Shown here piece after piece: positions 37,003-46,558 of a DNA stretch of 51,043 nucleotides (the stretch's first letter is position 1; each line of letters opens with the position of its first letter). The DNA comes from Myxococcota bacterium (GTDB taxonomy: Bacteria > Myxococcota > UBA4151). The notes beneath the pieces are model-generated. The model made no database searches, was not told the DNA's origin, and saw only the letters and a program-made list of their open reading frames with translations. The DNA lies in assembly GCA_036338695.1 (NCBI GenBank), contig JAYZBQ010000012.1:1-51043 (forward strand), written 5' to 3'. A program made the translations under genes and the position numbers.

Positions 37003-37227
37003 ATGGCTGTTTGCACCTTCACCGGAAAGCGGGGGATGTCGGGGAACCGGGTGTCCCACGCGAACAACAAGAACAAGCGCCGCTACAGCTCGAACATTCA
37101 GTCCAAGCGGTTCTTCATCCCTGAGCAGAACCGCTGGGTTCGTCTCTCGGTCAGCACCCGAGCGATCCGCACGATCGACAAGATCGGGCTGCTCGCTTAC
37201 GCCAAGAAGGCGGGGATCAAGATCTAA
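37003..37227 (+). CDS. rpmB: 50S ribosomal protein L28
   Basis: C..TGK...GNRVSHANNK.KRR...N.Q...VRL.VST.A.RT. Confidence 0.96.
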   Translation: MAVCTFTGKRGMSGNRVSHANNKNKRRYSSNIQSKRFFIPEQNRWVRLSVSTRAIRTIDKIGLLAYAKKAGIKI

Positions 37228-37259
37228 GCTTCGGCACCCTGCCGCAGCAAAGCGCTGTC

Positions 37260-37288
37260 AAAACAGGCTCCGTTAGCGAGCCTGTTTT
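37260..37288. terminator. Bidirectional intrinsic terminator
   Basis: aaaacaggctc-cgttagc-gagcctgtttt between convergent genes. Confidence 0.85.
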
Positions 37289-37295
37289 GTTGTTT

Positions 37296-38510
37296 TTAGA
37301 AGCCGAGGATCGGGTCGTAACCGACAGCTTTTGGCGGTTGCGCTGAGAGGTACATGACCACCCCAGTGATCGCCGCTGTCCCTGCGAGGGTCGCCCCAGA
37401 GAGCGCCATCGTGCGCGGGCTGACCTTCGGTAGGCTCAGTTTCGGGAGACTCGGGAGCTTGGGTAGCCCTGGCTTGTTCTTCTTCCACCACTTGCCCAGC
37501 GAGGCGAACAGACCGATCGGTTGGACAGGCGGCCCGACGCTGGCATCGCTCGCCAGCGAAGCCTTGATGACCCCGAGCAGGTCGTCGTCATCCGGCGCCT
37601 CACTCATCGGTGTCACGCCTCGATAAAAGAGCGTGCCCCTGGGGACCACGCGCCCGCGAAGCGCCGCGATGCGATCCGCTCCGACGCGAAGCCACAGAAA
37701 CTGAGGCGCTGCGAACGGCTTGCGAAGATCCGAGAGCAAGACGTCCGCTTCCGCTTTCGGCGCGGTCCACAGCGGCTCGAGCCGGCTGAGCAGCTCCGCT
37801 CGTTTTGGGACCTGTTTGGGCTCGATGCGGACCGTGTCACCGCCTCGGTGAACGCCGCCGAGCGTCATGACCCCCGTCCCGGTTGCGCGCCACGGGATGT
37901 CGCCCGAGGGTAGCCCCTCGAGCGTGCACGGTGTCACGCAGGTGCGGTCGCCGACTTCGACGTGGACTCGACTTGCGCTCTCGAAGCGGACGGCGCGTTG
38001 TCCGCCCGGCGCGGCGCGCAGTTGGTCGATCACGCCCGCCATCTCGTCGCTGAGCTGGGTGCCAGGCGGCAGCGGCGTCTTGGGATGGAGCTGCAGCGTC
38101 TGTTCGACAAGCGGGCGCCCCTCTGGTTTGTCGAGCTCCCAAAGGCGGAGCCCAAGCTCGAGCCGGATACGCAGCCAAAGCGGCGTCCCTTTACGGCTCG
38201 CCAGTGCCTTGCTGACCGTGCCTTGAGCCGCCTCAAGCTGCTTGATCGCTCCCTCGACGTCGAGCTCGCCGTAGGCTTGATGAGCCTGCTCGAGCTGCTG
38301 CGCTGCCTGTTTTCGGAGCTTACCGTGGGGGGCGCGTTTGCCGCTGAGGTAGGACGACAGGCTCAGCACGCGGAACGTGTCGGCTCGATGAGCTCGCAGC
38401 ACCGCACGGACCTGGTGGTTGATCTGCGCTGCCCGCGCCGTGTCGTCGTCGGTCTCGGGCGAGACGATCACAAAGGCACGAGTGGCGAGCAGCGCGACGA
38501 GCATGTTCAT
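37296..38510 (-). CDS. Hypothetical exported protein (TPR-like and PEGA-like, C-terminal TM)
   Basis: 404-aa ORF; VEVGDRTCVTPCTLEGLPSG PEGA-like motif. Confidence 0.7.
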   Translation of the reverse strand: MNMLVALLATRAFVIVSPETDDDTARAAQINHQVRAVLRAHRADTFRVLSLSSYLSGKRAPHGKLRKQAAQQLEQAHQAYGELDVEGAIKQLEAAQGTVSKALASRKGTPLWLRIRLELGLRLWELDKPEGRPLVEQTLQLHPKTPLPPGTQLSDEMAGVIDQLRAAPGGQRAVRFESASRVHVEVGDRTCVTPCTLEGLPSGDIPWRATGTGVMTLGGVHRGGDTVRIEPKQVPKRAELLSRLEPLWTAPKAEADVLLSDLRKPFAAPQFLWLRVGADRIAALRGRVVPRGTLFYRGVTPMSEAPDDDDLLGVIKASLASDASVGPPVQPIGLFASLGKWWKKNKPGLPKLPSLPKLSLPKVSPRTMALSGATLAGTAAITGVVMYLSAQPPKAVGYDPILGF

Positions 38511-38549
38511 GCCGGGAGCGTGCGCTGTTGTGCCGAGAAGCGCAAGTTC

Positions 38550-40631
38550 TCAACGAGGTGCGCGTGGCGCCTGGCGGCCATAAGCCAGCGCCGCGCAGCG
38601 CGCGGGAGGTCGCTTCGGGTGCAGGCTCCAGCAGCGACTCGCTCGGTCGGCTACCTCGACGACGGCGCCGGCCGATCGCCACCGCTCGACGACTTCGGGG
38701 TGGGGGTGATGAAAGCGGTCATTCGGCCCTGCGCCGATTAATGCGATCTCGGCGGCTACCTCCTCGATCAACGCGTGGCTTGAAGACGTCCGGCTTCCAT
38801 GGTGGGGGACCTTGACGAGGGTCGCGGCGCCGAGATGACCACTCAAATCGAGCTCGCGATCGAGCCAGATGTCGCCGAGAAACAGCAGGTGATGACCGCT
38901 GACGCGGACCGAGACGGTCAGGCTCCGCTCGTTGCGCCCTTTGACCCAATCGTCTGCCGCATGAAGGCGGATGAGCTCTAGGTCGACGAGGGCGCGCTGA
39001 GCCTCCACGACAGGCGGCGGGCATCCCGTGACGCCCTCCTGCGCCCACAACGCAGCAGGAGGTGCCAGAGCGCACAGTGCGGACGCACCGCCGACGTGGT
39101 CATGGTCCGCGTGACTGATCACCAACACATCGGGGACGCCACGCAGGCGGGGTAGGAGGGTTTGGCGCACGCCGCGCGCGCTCGGTCCGGTGTCGATCAC
39201 GACCTGAGATCGCGGCGTTTGAATAAGCGCCAGATCGCCGTGACCGATCGGGAGCATCCAGACCTGAGCGCCAGGCTCGATCGGCGCTTGAAAGGTGGCG
39301 ACGCTTAGACAGGCTGCGATGGCAAAGGGGCGCCGTCTGAACGCCTCTGCGACGGCATATGTCAGGCTGAGCGCTGTCGTAATACTCCAGCGCAGCCCAA
39401 ACGGTTCCTGTCCGGTTCCAAGGTGGATCGCGCCGCATAGGTCGAGAAACATGCCGAGCAGCCGATCGGCTGCGATCGGATCGCCAAGCGCTAAGGAGAG
39501 TCCGCTGAGGGGAAGCACGATGGTAAAGAGTGGAACCATCACGAGGTTGGTCCCCACGCCGATCCAGGCAGTGGGTAATCCGACCAAGCTGAGTGCTGGG
39601 AGGCTGGCAAAGGTTGCGACGACCGGCACGGTCAGGACGTTGCGCCACCGGCTCGCTGAGTGCACGAGCGCGAGCGAGACGCCGTGGCTGAGGAGAAACC
39701 CGAGGTCGGCAGCGTGCGCAGGTGAAGCCATCATCATGAGGCACAGACTGATCCAACCGTTCACGGTGAGTGGTCGGTGCGGCGCCAGGCATGCCACGGC
39801 AGCCCAGACACAGATCCGTACCCCGCCGACAGGCCACGCACACCACCAGCTGATCACGAGCGCAGCGAGGAGAACGGCGCCGCCCAAGCGTGCGCCGGTC
39901 AGGTGGTATCCCGGCAGGAACAAACAAGGCGCGCACAGCGGCACCATGATCAATCCGAGGAACAACCCGATGTGGAGCCCCGAGACGGCGATGAGGTGGC
40001 TTAGGCCGAGCGGATTGAGTGTGGCTACAGCGTCTCGAAGCGGCGGCGTGCGCTGACCAAGGAAAAGCGCTGCGGCGAGCGCAGCTGTTCGAGGCGGGAG
40101 CGCGTCGCGCAGGACGTCGTAGGCGCCTTGCCGGAGGTGGCAGATCGCTTCTTGCCAGCTCGTCGGAGGGGCGCTGAGGCGCACCATGTGGACCGATTTG
40201 AGGTCGGCGATGACGCCGAGCGACCAGCGGTATCGGTCGCCAGCGAACAGGCCATGGTTTCCGTGGGTGACGGGCGGGACCAGCCGTGCGCGCACTTCGA
40301 CCTGCGCGCCGGCGCACCAGCGCCGCTCGCTGTAGCGCCAAAGAAACCGTTTGCCTTGATACGACAGCGTCACGTGCTGGCGCGCATCGACCGTGCTCTT
40401 GACCACGCGCACAACGCCGCTGAGCTGACGCTGGCGCGGCGCATCATCCACCCAGGCATGGTGTCCAAGGAGCCACCCGATGAGCGCACAGCAGATTCCC
40501 GCTCGCCGGTCCCACTGCGCGGTGATCAAGACCAGCGCCACCAGTTGACAAAGGCTGAGCCAAGCGCTGGGTCCCCAGACAGCGAACAAACAGCCGCAGG
40601 CGAGGTAGGTGATGCGAGGAGGGCGGAGCAT
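38550..40631 (-). CDS. comEC: ComEC/Rec2 competence protein
   Basis: GLSHLIAVSGLHIG, GFLLS, metallo-beta-lactamase SHADHDHVGG, KVPHHGSRTSS, HPHPEV. Confidence 0.9.
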   Translation of the reverse strand: MLRPPRITYLACGCLFAVWGPSAWLSLCQLVALVLITAQWDRRAGICCALIGWLLGHHAWVDDAPRQRQLSGVVRVVKSTVDARQHVTLSYQGKRFLWRYSERRWCAGAQVEVRARLVPPVTHGNHGLFAGDRYRWSLGVIADLKSVHMVRLSAPPTSWQEAICHLRQGAYDVLRDALPPRTAALAAALFLGQRTPPLRDAVATLNPLGLSHLIAVSGLHIGLFLGLIMVPLCAPCLFLPGYHLTGARLGGAVLLAALVISWWCAWPVGGVRICVWAAVACLAPHRPLTVNGWISLCLMMMASPAHAADLGFLLSHGVSLALVHSASRWRNVLTVPVVATFASLPALSLVGLPTAWIGVGTNLVMVPLFTIVLPLSGLSLALGDPIAADRLLGMFLDLCGAIHLGTGQEPFGLRWSITTALSLTYAVAEAFRRRPFAIAACLSVATFQAPIEPGAQVWMLPIGHGDLALIQTPRSQVVIDTGPSARGVRQTLLPRLRGVPDVLVISHADHDHVGGASALCALAPPAALWAQEGVTGCPPPVVEAQRALVDLELIRLHAADDWVKGRNERSLTVSVRVSGHHLLFLGDIWLDRELDLSGHLGAATLVKVPHHGSRTSSSHALIEEVAAEIALIGAGPNDRFHHPHPEVVERWRSAGAVVEVADRASRCWSLHPKRPPARCAALAYGRQAPRAPR

Positions 40632-40763
40632 GTCGCCACGGTCTGCACAGCGCGAGCCATGATAACACAATCGATTTATCAGGGGGTTGGCTGGGGGCGT
40701 TGTCGCCGGCGCAACAACTCGGCGTAGCGAAATCGACGAAAGCGTAGTAGGCTGAGAGCAACG

Positions 40764-41996
40764 ATGGAGGCTCTGGTGCGCAGCTTACTCTGGCTCACGT
40801 GTGTCGTCGCTGGGTGCACCGTCGCGCCCGCTGAGGTCGTGGACGCCGGTTCGCCTGAGGCGGGCGCCGCGCCGGACGCCGGCGTGACGTCTCCGGCTGA
40901 GGACGCGGGCGGCGAGGTGCTGGATGCCGGCGTAGCCGACGTTTCGGCGGAAGACGCTGGATCAGCCGATGCTGGGATCGATCCGGACTCGCCTGAGGGG
41001 CGAGGTATGGCGCTCTACACGGAGTATTGTGGATTTTGCCATGGAGCGAGCGGCGAGGGCTATTGGGCGGACAACGCCAACGCGCTGGCGAACCCCGAGT
41101 TCCTGACGACGGTGACCGACTTCTTCCTGTGGGCGAGTATCCTCGACGGCCGGCCTGGGACCCCGATGTCTCCCTGGGGGGCGTCGCACAGCGGACCGCT
41201 CAGTGAAGAGGACGCGTGGGACATCGTAGCGTACATCCGTCGCTGGCAGGATCTGCCCTCGGTTGACGTTCACGCCATGGAGCTGAGCGGAGACGCCGCC
41301 GAAGGCGAGCGTGTCTACCAGCGGATGCAATGCGCTGCATGCCACGGCGACTCGGGCGAGGGTGTCGTCGCCATGAGCCTCAACAACGCCATCTTTCACG
41401 AGCTTGCGAGCGACGGCTTCATCTATCACGCCATCGCCAAAGGGCGACCGGGGACGCCGATGCCTGGCTATGAGGAGACGCTGACCGAGGTCGAGATGGC
41501 TGACCTCGTGGCGTATATCCGGACGTTAATCGTGCCGCTTGCGCCGCCCGACGATGGGGACTTCGTACCGGACTGGACCGATCACCTGATCAACGCTCAG
41601 GGCGCGCCCGCAGCGTTTACGCCGCGTGTCGTGGAGCGTGAAGGCGCCGAGTTCGACGACGAGTTTGTCCCGGCGCAGCAGGTCTATGACGCCATGATGC
41701 GCGGTGAGTCCTTTGTGTTGGTCGATGCACGCGTGGCGCCCGATTACCTGTTCGGTCATATTGACGGCGCCGTCTCTGTGCCTTTCGACTCCGTCCAGCA
41801 GGCGGCTGAGGTCATCAGCTCAGACCGCTGGGTGATCACCTACTGCGGATGCCCGCACGCGGTGAGCGGGCGCGCCCGAGCTGCCTTCAAGCGTGCCGGC
41901 TTTGAGCGCGTGGCGGTGCTCGATGAAGGGTACTATTTCTGGACGGATGAGGGCTGGCCGGTCTGCGGCGGGCGCGAGCGCTTCTGCGAGGAATAG
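40764..41996 (+). CDS. Lipoprotein: diheme cytochrome c fused to a rhodanese domain
   Basis: Lipobox VAGC; CGFCH and CAACH each followed by GRPGTPM; VDAR...Y..GHIDGAVSVP...YCGCP. Confidence 0.88.
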   Translation: MEALVRSLLWLTCVVAGCTVAPAEVVDAGSPEAGAAPDAGVTSPAEDAGGEVLDAGVADVSAEDAGSADAGIDPDSPEGRGMALYTEYCGFCHGASGEGYWADNANALANPEFLTTVTDFFLWASILDGRPGTPMSPWGASHSGPLSEEDAWDIVAYIRRWQDLPSVDVHAMELSGDAAEGERVYQRMQCAACHGDSGEGVVAMSLNNAIFHELASDGFIYHAIAKGRPGTPMPGYEETLTEVEMADLVAYIRTLIVPLAPPDDGDFVPDWTDHLINAQGAPAAFTPRVVEREGAEFDDEFVPAQQVYDAMMRGESFVLVDARVAPDYLFGHIDGAVSVPFDSVQQAAEVISSDRWVITYCGCPHAVSGRARAAFKRAGFERVAVLDEGYYFWTDEGWPVCGGRERFCEE

Positions 41997-42218
41997 ACCC
42001 GCCGAGCCTGGACCGGTGCCGGCTTGTTTCAGCTCACTTCGGGTGCAGCGCGCTCGGTCCGAGCGGACCGCTGGTCGGTTGCGGGGCGGTGTTTAGGGAT
42101 TCGCATAGCCTCCGGATCGAGCGTGAGCTCGGGAATGGAACCTGAGTCCGCGCTGTCCCATCGGGCGAACCCTTGACCCTTCGGGTGGTATGGCCGATGC
42201 ACCACCCAAGGAGTTCCT

Positions 42219-43292
42219 ATGCGTAGCCCTTTATGCCTCAGCGTTGTCGTGGCGCTCGGTTGTACAGACCGCCCGGAAGCCGAGCCGCCACGCGACCCTT
42301 CGGACCCGAGCCGCATCGTCCGTGAGGCGGACGACGATCCGGTCGCTGCAAAGGTCGACGGCGTCGTCATCCTGCGCAGTGAGCTCGAAGAGCGGGTGCA
42401 GTCGCAAGTCGAGCAGTTTCGGAGCGCAGGTCGGTCGATCACCCAGTCATTCGAGCAGAGCACGCGCGTCGCGCTGCTCAACCATTTGATCGATCGTACA
42501 GTCTTGACGGCTGAGGGAAAGCGCCTGGGGCTGACGGTCGATGAGGGCGCGCTCAAGCACCACGAGACCCGCTTCAAGGAGCGCCTGGGAACCGAGCAAG
42601 CTTTCACTGGGTACCTCGCCCGAATCGGCCGCGATGAGGCGGGTTGGCGGGCAGATCAGAGGCAGCACTTGCTGCAAAAGTTGGTCTTTGATCGCTCGAT
42701 CAGAGCGAAGCCGGTTCGCGAGGAGGCGCTGCGCGCCGACTACGAGCGCCAGCAGCAGCGCTTCTCCAAACGCCGCCGGCTTCGCCTGGGTGAGATCCTC
42801 AAGCGCGTGCCGTCGGCGGAGGCGCTCCCCGACAAGGCGGGGCGTGACCGGGCGCGTAAGGGCGCTAAAGATTCGATCGAGCGGTTGATCAAGCAGGCGC
42901 AGCGACCCGGGCAGCGCTTCTCCAAGTTGGCGGCTGCCCAGTCGGAGTCCCCGAGCGCAAAGCGTGGCGGTGATATCGGCTGGCGGATTGAGGAGCGGCT
43001 GAACCCGTCGTGGCGCGGTCTGCTCGCCGGAGCGTCGAAAGGCCAAGTCGTAGGTCCCATCGAGAGTCCAGACGGGATGCGCCTGCTCAAGGTACTCGAG
43101 GTGGAAGAGGCGACGGTCTTGAGTTTTGATGACGTCCGGGGTGAGCTGCTGCGGACGGCTCAAGCGCGCCAGCGCGCAGAAGCGGAGCGGAGCCTGGTTC
43201 GGCGTCTGCGTCAGGCTGCGAACATCTCGGTGGTCGATCCTCGCCTGACCGCCGCATTTGCCGAGAGCCAGCAGCAGGCCGGGGCGCCATGA
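42219..43292 (+). CDS. Peptidylprolyl isomerase lipoprotein (SurA N-terminal and PpiC domains)
   Basis: AAKVDG..I...EL, FSKLAAAQSE.PSAKRGGDIGW, GPIESPDG. Confidence 0.88.
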   Translation: MRSPLCLSVVVALGCTDRPEAEPPRDPSDPSRIVREADDDPVAAKVDGVVILRSELEERVQSQVEQFRSAGRSITQSFEQSTRVALLNHLIDRTVLTAEGKRLGLTVDEGALKHHETRFKERLGTEQAFTGYLARIGRDEAGWRADQRQHLLQKLVFDRSIRAKPVREEALRADYERQQQRFSKRRRLRLGEILKRVPSAEALPDKAGRDRARKGAKDSIERLIKQAQRPGQRFSKLAAAQSESPSAKRGGDIGWRIEERLNPSWRGLLAGASKGQVVGPIESPDGMRLLKVLEVEEATVLSFDDVRGELLRTAQARQRAEAERSLVRRLRQAANISVVDPRLTAAFAESQQQAGAP

Positions 43293-45415
43293 GCTTTGGG
43301 ATCCTTGGACTCACGCTCCTAGCCGCCGACGTCGGTGATCTGATCGACGCGAAGGCCTACGAGAAGGCGTATGCGATGACCAAGCCTGCCCGGCTTGAAG
43401 GCGCGGCTTGGATCGGGTTCTTGTATGAGTCCGAGCTGCTCGATGTGGTGCGCTTTGGGCGCTCCGCCGAGGGGACGAAGCGTTACAGGCTGTGCCGGAT
43501 GGCCTTCGCCGCAGCCGCTCAGCGCGACGCCGTGCTGCGGACCGAATTGCTCGGGCGTGCCCTGAGCTGTGCTCAAAAGGGGCAAGAGGAGGAGGCGACC
43601 GGCCTGCTCGCCGGGCAACTCCTGAACACCGGCGAACAAGACCGAGCGCTCCTGGCGCTGGCGTCTCTTGAGAAGGGACCTCAGGCTGCCGAGGCACAGC
43701 AGAAGTTGCTCGAGCGCTGTGCCTCGCGCTGGTGTCGAGCGAAGCTGCTGGAGATGGCGTCGGAAGGGCTCAAGGGGGCGGCGCAGCAGAAGGTCGATGC
43801 GGCTTTGGTGCAAGGGTTCAGTGACCTGCGCGCAGGGCGAGCGGCGTTCCAGCGGTTACGTCAGGCGGTTCAGCCCAAGCGTAAGCGAAAGCAGCTGAGC
43901 CACTTCCTTGCGAAGGCGGTCTTGATCGGTCGAGCGCAAAAGCTGCTCGCCTCGCACGCAAACCAGGGAGCGCTCGACTCGGCGCGCGCAGCGGAAAAGC
44001 TCAAGCCGACCGTCGAGGAGCGCTGCGCGATCCTTGCGGTCAAGGGGCGCGCATTGCGTAAGCTTAGGAGCCACCGCAAGGCGATTAAAGCCTATCGCAG
44101 CTACCTGGCGGTTCCTTGTGACGACGAGTCGGCTCCCGGCGTCTATTATGGGTTGTTGTTCAGCCAAGCGGTGGTCGACTCGCGCCGGCTCGAGCCGATC
44201 GTCCGGGAGGCGCACAAGCGCTTTCCGGCGCACCGCTTGAGCGATGATTACCTTTTCTTTCTCGCCGAGGAGCACCAGCGCCGTGGTCGTCGCAAAGAGG
44301 CGGCGGCAGTCTACACGGACCTGGTCCGCCAGCACCCGGATGGCGACATGAGCGAAGAGGCGGCTTGGCGGAGCGCCTGGATGGCGTACCGAGCAGGTGA
44401 CCTGGGCGAGGCGAAGATGCGGCTCGATGCGTTTTTGCGCGATCGCGCCACGACCGCTGTGCACCCGACCGAGCATCAACTCAGAGCGCGTTTTTGGCGA
44501 GCGCGCTTGCAACCCAAGGACCGGCGTCGCAGCCAGCTCGAGGCGCTCGTGAGCGAGCACCCTGGCACCTGGCAGGCGCTTCTGTCCGCCGTTCATTTGG
44601 GCGATGGCGACCTCCCTCAACCGCTCAAGGGGGTGGTCGAGAAGGCGCAAGCGGTTGAAGAGACCAAGCTGCTGGGCAGCGACGTGCGCTACCAAAAAGC
44701 GGTGGCGCTGATTCGGCTCGAGCTGCGCGCTCAAGCGCTGAGGTTGCTTGAGAGCATCCCGATCAAGACCTTGGGCATCGCCGATCTTCTCCCGCTGACA
44801 GAGCGTTTGATCGAGGCGGGCGGAGCGTCGGCGGCGGTGGGGCGATTGCGTCACGCGCCGGCGTTGCGCGGCGCACCCCAAAAGGGGCTCGAAGCGATCT
44901 GGCGGCTTGCCTTCCCGCTCCCTCACAAGACCTTGATCCTGGCGGAAGCTAAGCGAAACGGGATCCCCCCTGCGCTGTTGTTCGGCCTCATCCGCGAGGA
45001 GTCGGGTTTTGACGCCGGGGTGTTGTCGTGGGCAGGGGCTAAAGGCTTGACGCAGTGCATGCCGCCGACGGCTCGTATGGTCGCCAAACGTCATAAGGTG
45101 CGCGGCTACTCATGGGCGCGTATGGACGAGCCTGAGCTCAACGTGCGCATCGGCGGTCTCTACCTTGGCGGACTGCTCAAGCGTTGGAAGGGGGTCCTCC
45201 CGATGGCGGTCGGCTCATACAACGCCGGTCCGGGCGCAATGAAGCGGATGCGAAAAAGAGCGCCCAACTTGCCCATGGATGTGTGGGTCGAAGAGATCTC
45301 GATCCGCCAGACTCGAGAGTATGTTCAGCGCGTCCTCGCTTCGGCTTGGACCTACGCACAGCTTTATCCTGAGCTCGGTGCGCTCGATCGCTCCAAGATA
45401 GGGATCGCTCGATGA
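43289..45415 (+). CDS. slt: Soluble lytic transglycosylase with TPR region
   Basis: IREESGF, SWAGAKGLTQCMP, YNAGPG, QTREYVQRV. Confidence 0.9.
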   Translation: MSFGILGLTLLAADVGDLIDAKAYEKAYAMTKPARLEGAAWIGFLYESELLDVVRFGRSAEGTKRYRLCRMAFAAAAQRDAVLRTELLGRALSCAQKGQEEEATGLLAGQLLNTGEQDRALLALASLEKGPQAAEAQQKLLERCASRWCRAKLLEMASEGLKGAAQQKVDAALVQGFSDLRAGRAAFQRLRQAVQPKRKRKQLSHFLAKAVLIGRAQKLLASHANQGALDSARAAEKLKPTVEERCAILAVKGRALRKLRSHRKAIKAYRSYLAVPCDDESAPGVYYGLLFSQAVVDSRRLEPIVREAHKRFPAHRLSDDYLFFLAEEHQRRGRRKEAAAVYTDLVRQHPDGDMSEEAAWRSAWMAYRAGDLGEAKMRLDAFLRDRATTAVHPTEHQLRARFWRARLQPKDRRRSQLEALVSEHPGTWQALLSAVHLGDGDLPQPLKGVVEKAQAVEETKLLGSDVRYQKAVALIRLELRAQALRLLESIPIKTLGIADLLPLTERLIEAGGASAAVGRLRHAPALRGAPQKGLEAIWRLAFPLPHKTLILAEAKRNGIPPALLFGLIREESGFDAGVLSWAGAKGLTQCMPPTARMVAKRHKVRGYSWARMDEPELNVRIGGLYLGGLLKRWKGVLPMAVGSYNAGPGAMKRMRKRAPNLPMDVWVEEISIRQTREYVQRVLASAWTYAQLYPELGALDRSKIGIAR

Positions 45416-46368
45416 CTTCACCTGGTCGCAGCGTCCACGACGGGAACATGACCTCGCATGTGGTCACGATCAGTGGAGAAGCGCTGCTGCGACCTTTGGG
45501 GTTTCGGCAGCGTGTCGCGCAGTATGCAGGGCTGGAGGTGCATTACCTCGAAGGGCGCGGGCGCGGTGGTCCCGACCTCGTCTTTCTGCATGGTTTAGGG
45601 GACCGAAATTCAACCTGGCATCGGGTGCTGTGGCGTCTTCGACTGGGTGCGTGGGGTCGTATTGTTTGCCCCGACCTCGTCGGTTTTGGTCGGACCTGCC
45701 TTCCCAGCGGGCGCGCCATGCCGTCGATGGACGAGGGCATGGAGATTATGAGCGGCGCGCTGGCGTCACTGGGTGTGGATCAGCCGATCATCGTCGGTAA
45801 TTCGCTGGGCGCATGGCTGGGCTGGCGGATGCTGGAGCGCTATCCTGATTTGATCTCAGGGTGCCTTATGCTGGCTCCTGGCGGGTTTATGACGGAGCCC
45901 GAGCTGCGTCAGCTTGTCGGCCGCTTTCTCGCCGGTGATCATGCCGAGATGACCCACGCGATCATCGGTGATGCCCGCCCGGAGATGATGTTTTTCGCTC
46001 GCCGCATCATCGGCGCCATGTTGGATAATCCCCTGCTTCAGACGGTGTGCCGACAGGATTCGTCGCATCTCTTGTACCGAGCAGGTGATCTGGAGGCGGT
46101 GGCGGGGCGGGCGCGTTGCCTCTGGGGGGAGCTGGACACGTTGATGCCTGCGAGCGGTGTCGAGATGCTCCGCTCCGCGCTCGGCGAAGGGTTGGTGATG
46201 GAGCGCGTCGGTCATGCGCCGCAGCAGACCCGGCCTGGGTTGGTCGCACGTGAGCTCGGGCGGCTGCGTGAGCAGCTCAAGCGAACACGACGCGCCGACC
46301 GAGACGCCGAGCGAGTGCATCGACCCGGCGAGCGAGCAGCCGCTCTTGAACCGACGTCGCCCGCTTGA
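45412..46368 (+). CDS. Alpha/beta fold hydrolase
   Basis: FLHGLG, PDLVGFG, GNSLG, WGELD, GHAPQ. Confidence 0.9.
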   Translation: MTSPGRSVHDGNMTSHVVTISGEALLRPLGFRQRVAQYAGLEVHYLEGRGRGGPDLVFLHGLGDRNSTWHRVLWRLRLGAWGRIVCPDLVGFGRTCLPSGRAMPSMDEGMEIMSGALASLGVDQPIIVGNSLGAWLGWRMLERYPDLISGCLMLAPGGFMTEPELRQLVGRFLAGDHAEMTHAIIGDARPEMMFFARRIIGAMLDNPLLQTVCRQDSSHLLYRAGDLEAVAGRARCLWGELDTLMPASGVEMLRSALGEGLVMERVGHAPQQTRPGLVARELGRLREQLKRTRRADRDAERVHRPGERAAALEPTSPA

Positions 46369-46543
46369 TGGTGATCGCTTCCGCGCCGATCTCGATCTGG
46401 AGCCCTGCGAGCACGCCATGGCTAAGCTCGAGCAGCGCGTGTTGGTCGTCTCCGAGCTCGGTGAGCTTGAGTGACAACTCCTCCCAAGGGTTCTTACGGC
46501 GTTTGAGGATGGCTTGCGCCAATGGGTATCTACGTCGACTCAT
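46277..46543 (-). CDS. Small hypothetical protein, possibly DciA/DUF721-like
   Basis: 88-aa ORF filling an otherwise empty gap; ITIKRATSV...LARRLGRRVVF resembles the DciA fold pattern; overlaps the hydrolase tail by 92 nt. Confidence 0.35.
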   Translation of the reverse strand: MSRRRYPLAQAILKRRKNPWEELSLKLTELGDDQHALLELSHGVLAGLQIEIGAEAITIKRATSVQERLLARRVDALARRLGRRVVFA

Positions 46544-46558
46544 CACGGACCGTTTACG

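Noticed and set aside
41997..42218. Possible structured ncRNA in the 220-bp intergenic region (e.g. gggtggt...accaccc hairpin before the SD)
   Set aside because: No recognisable 6S, SRP, RNase P, tmRNA or riboswitch motifs; short GC stems are expected by chance. An Rfam scan would settle it.
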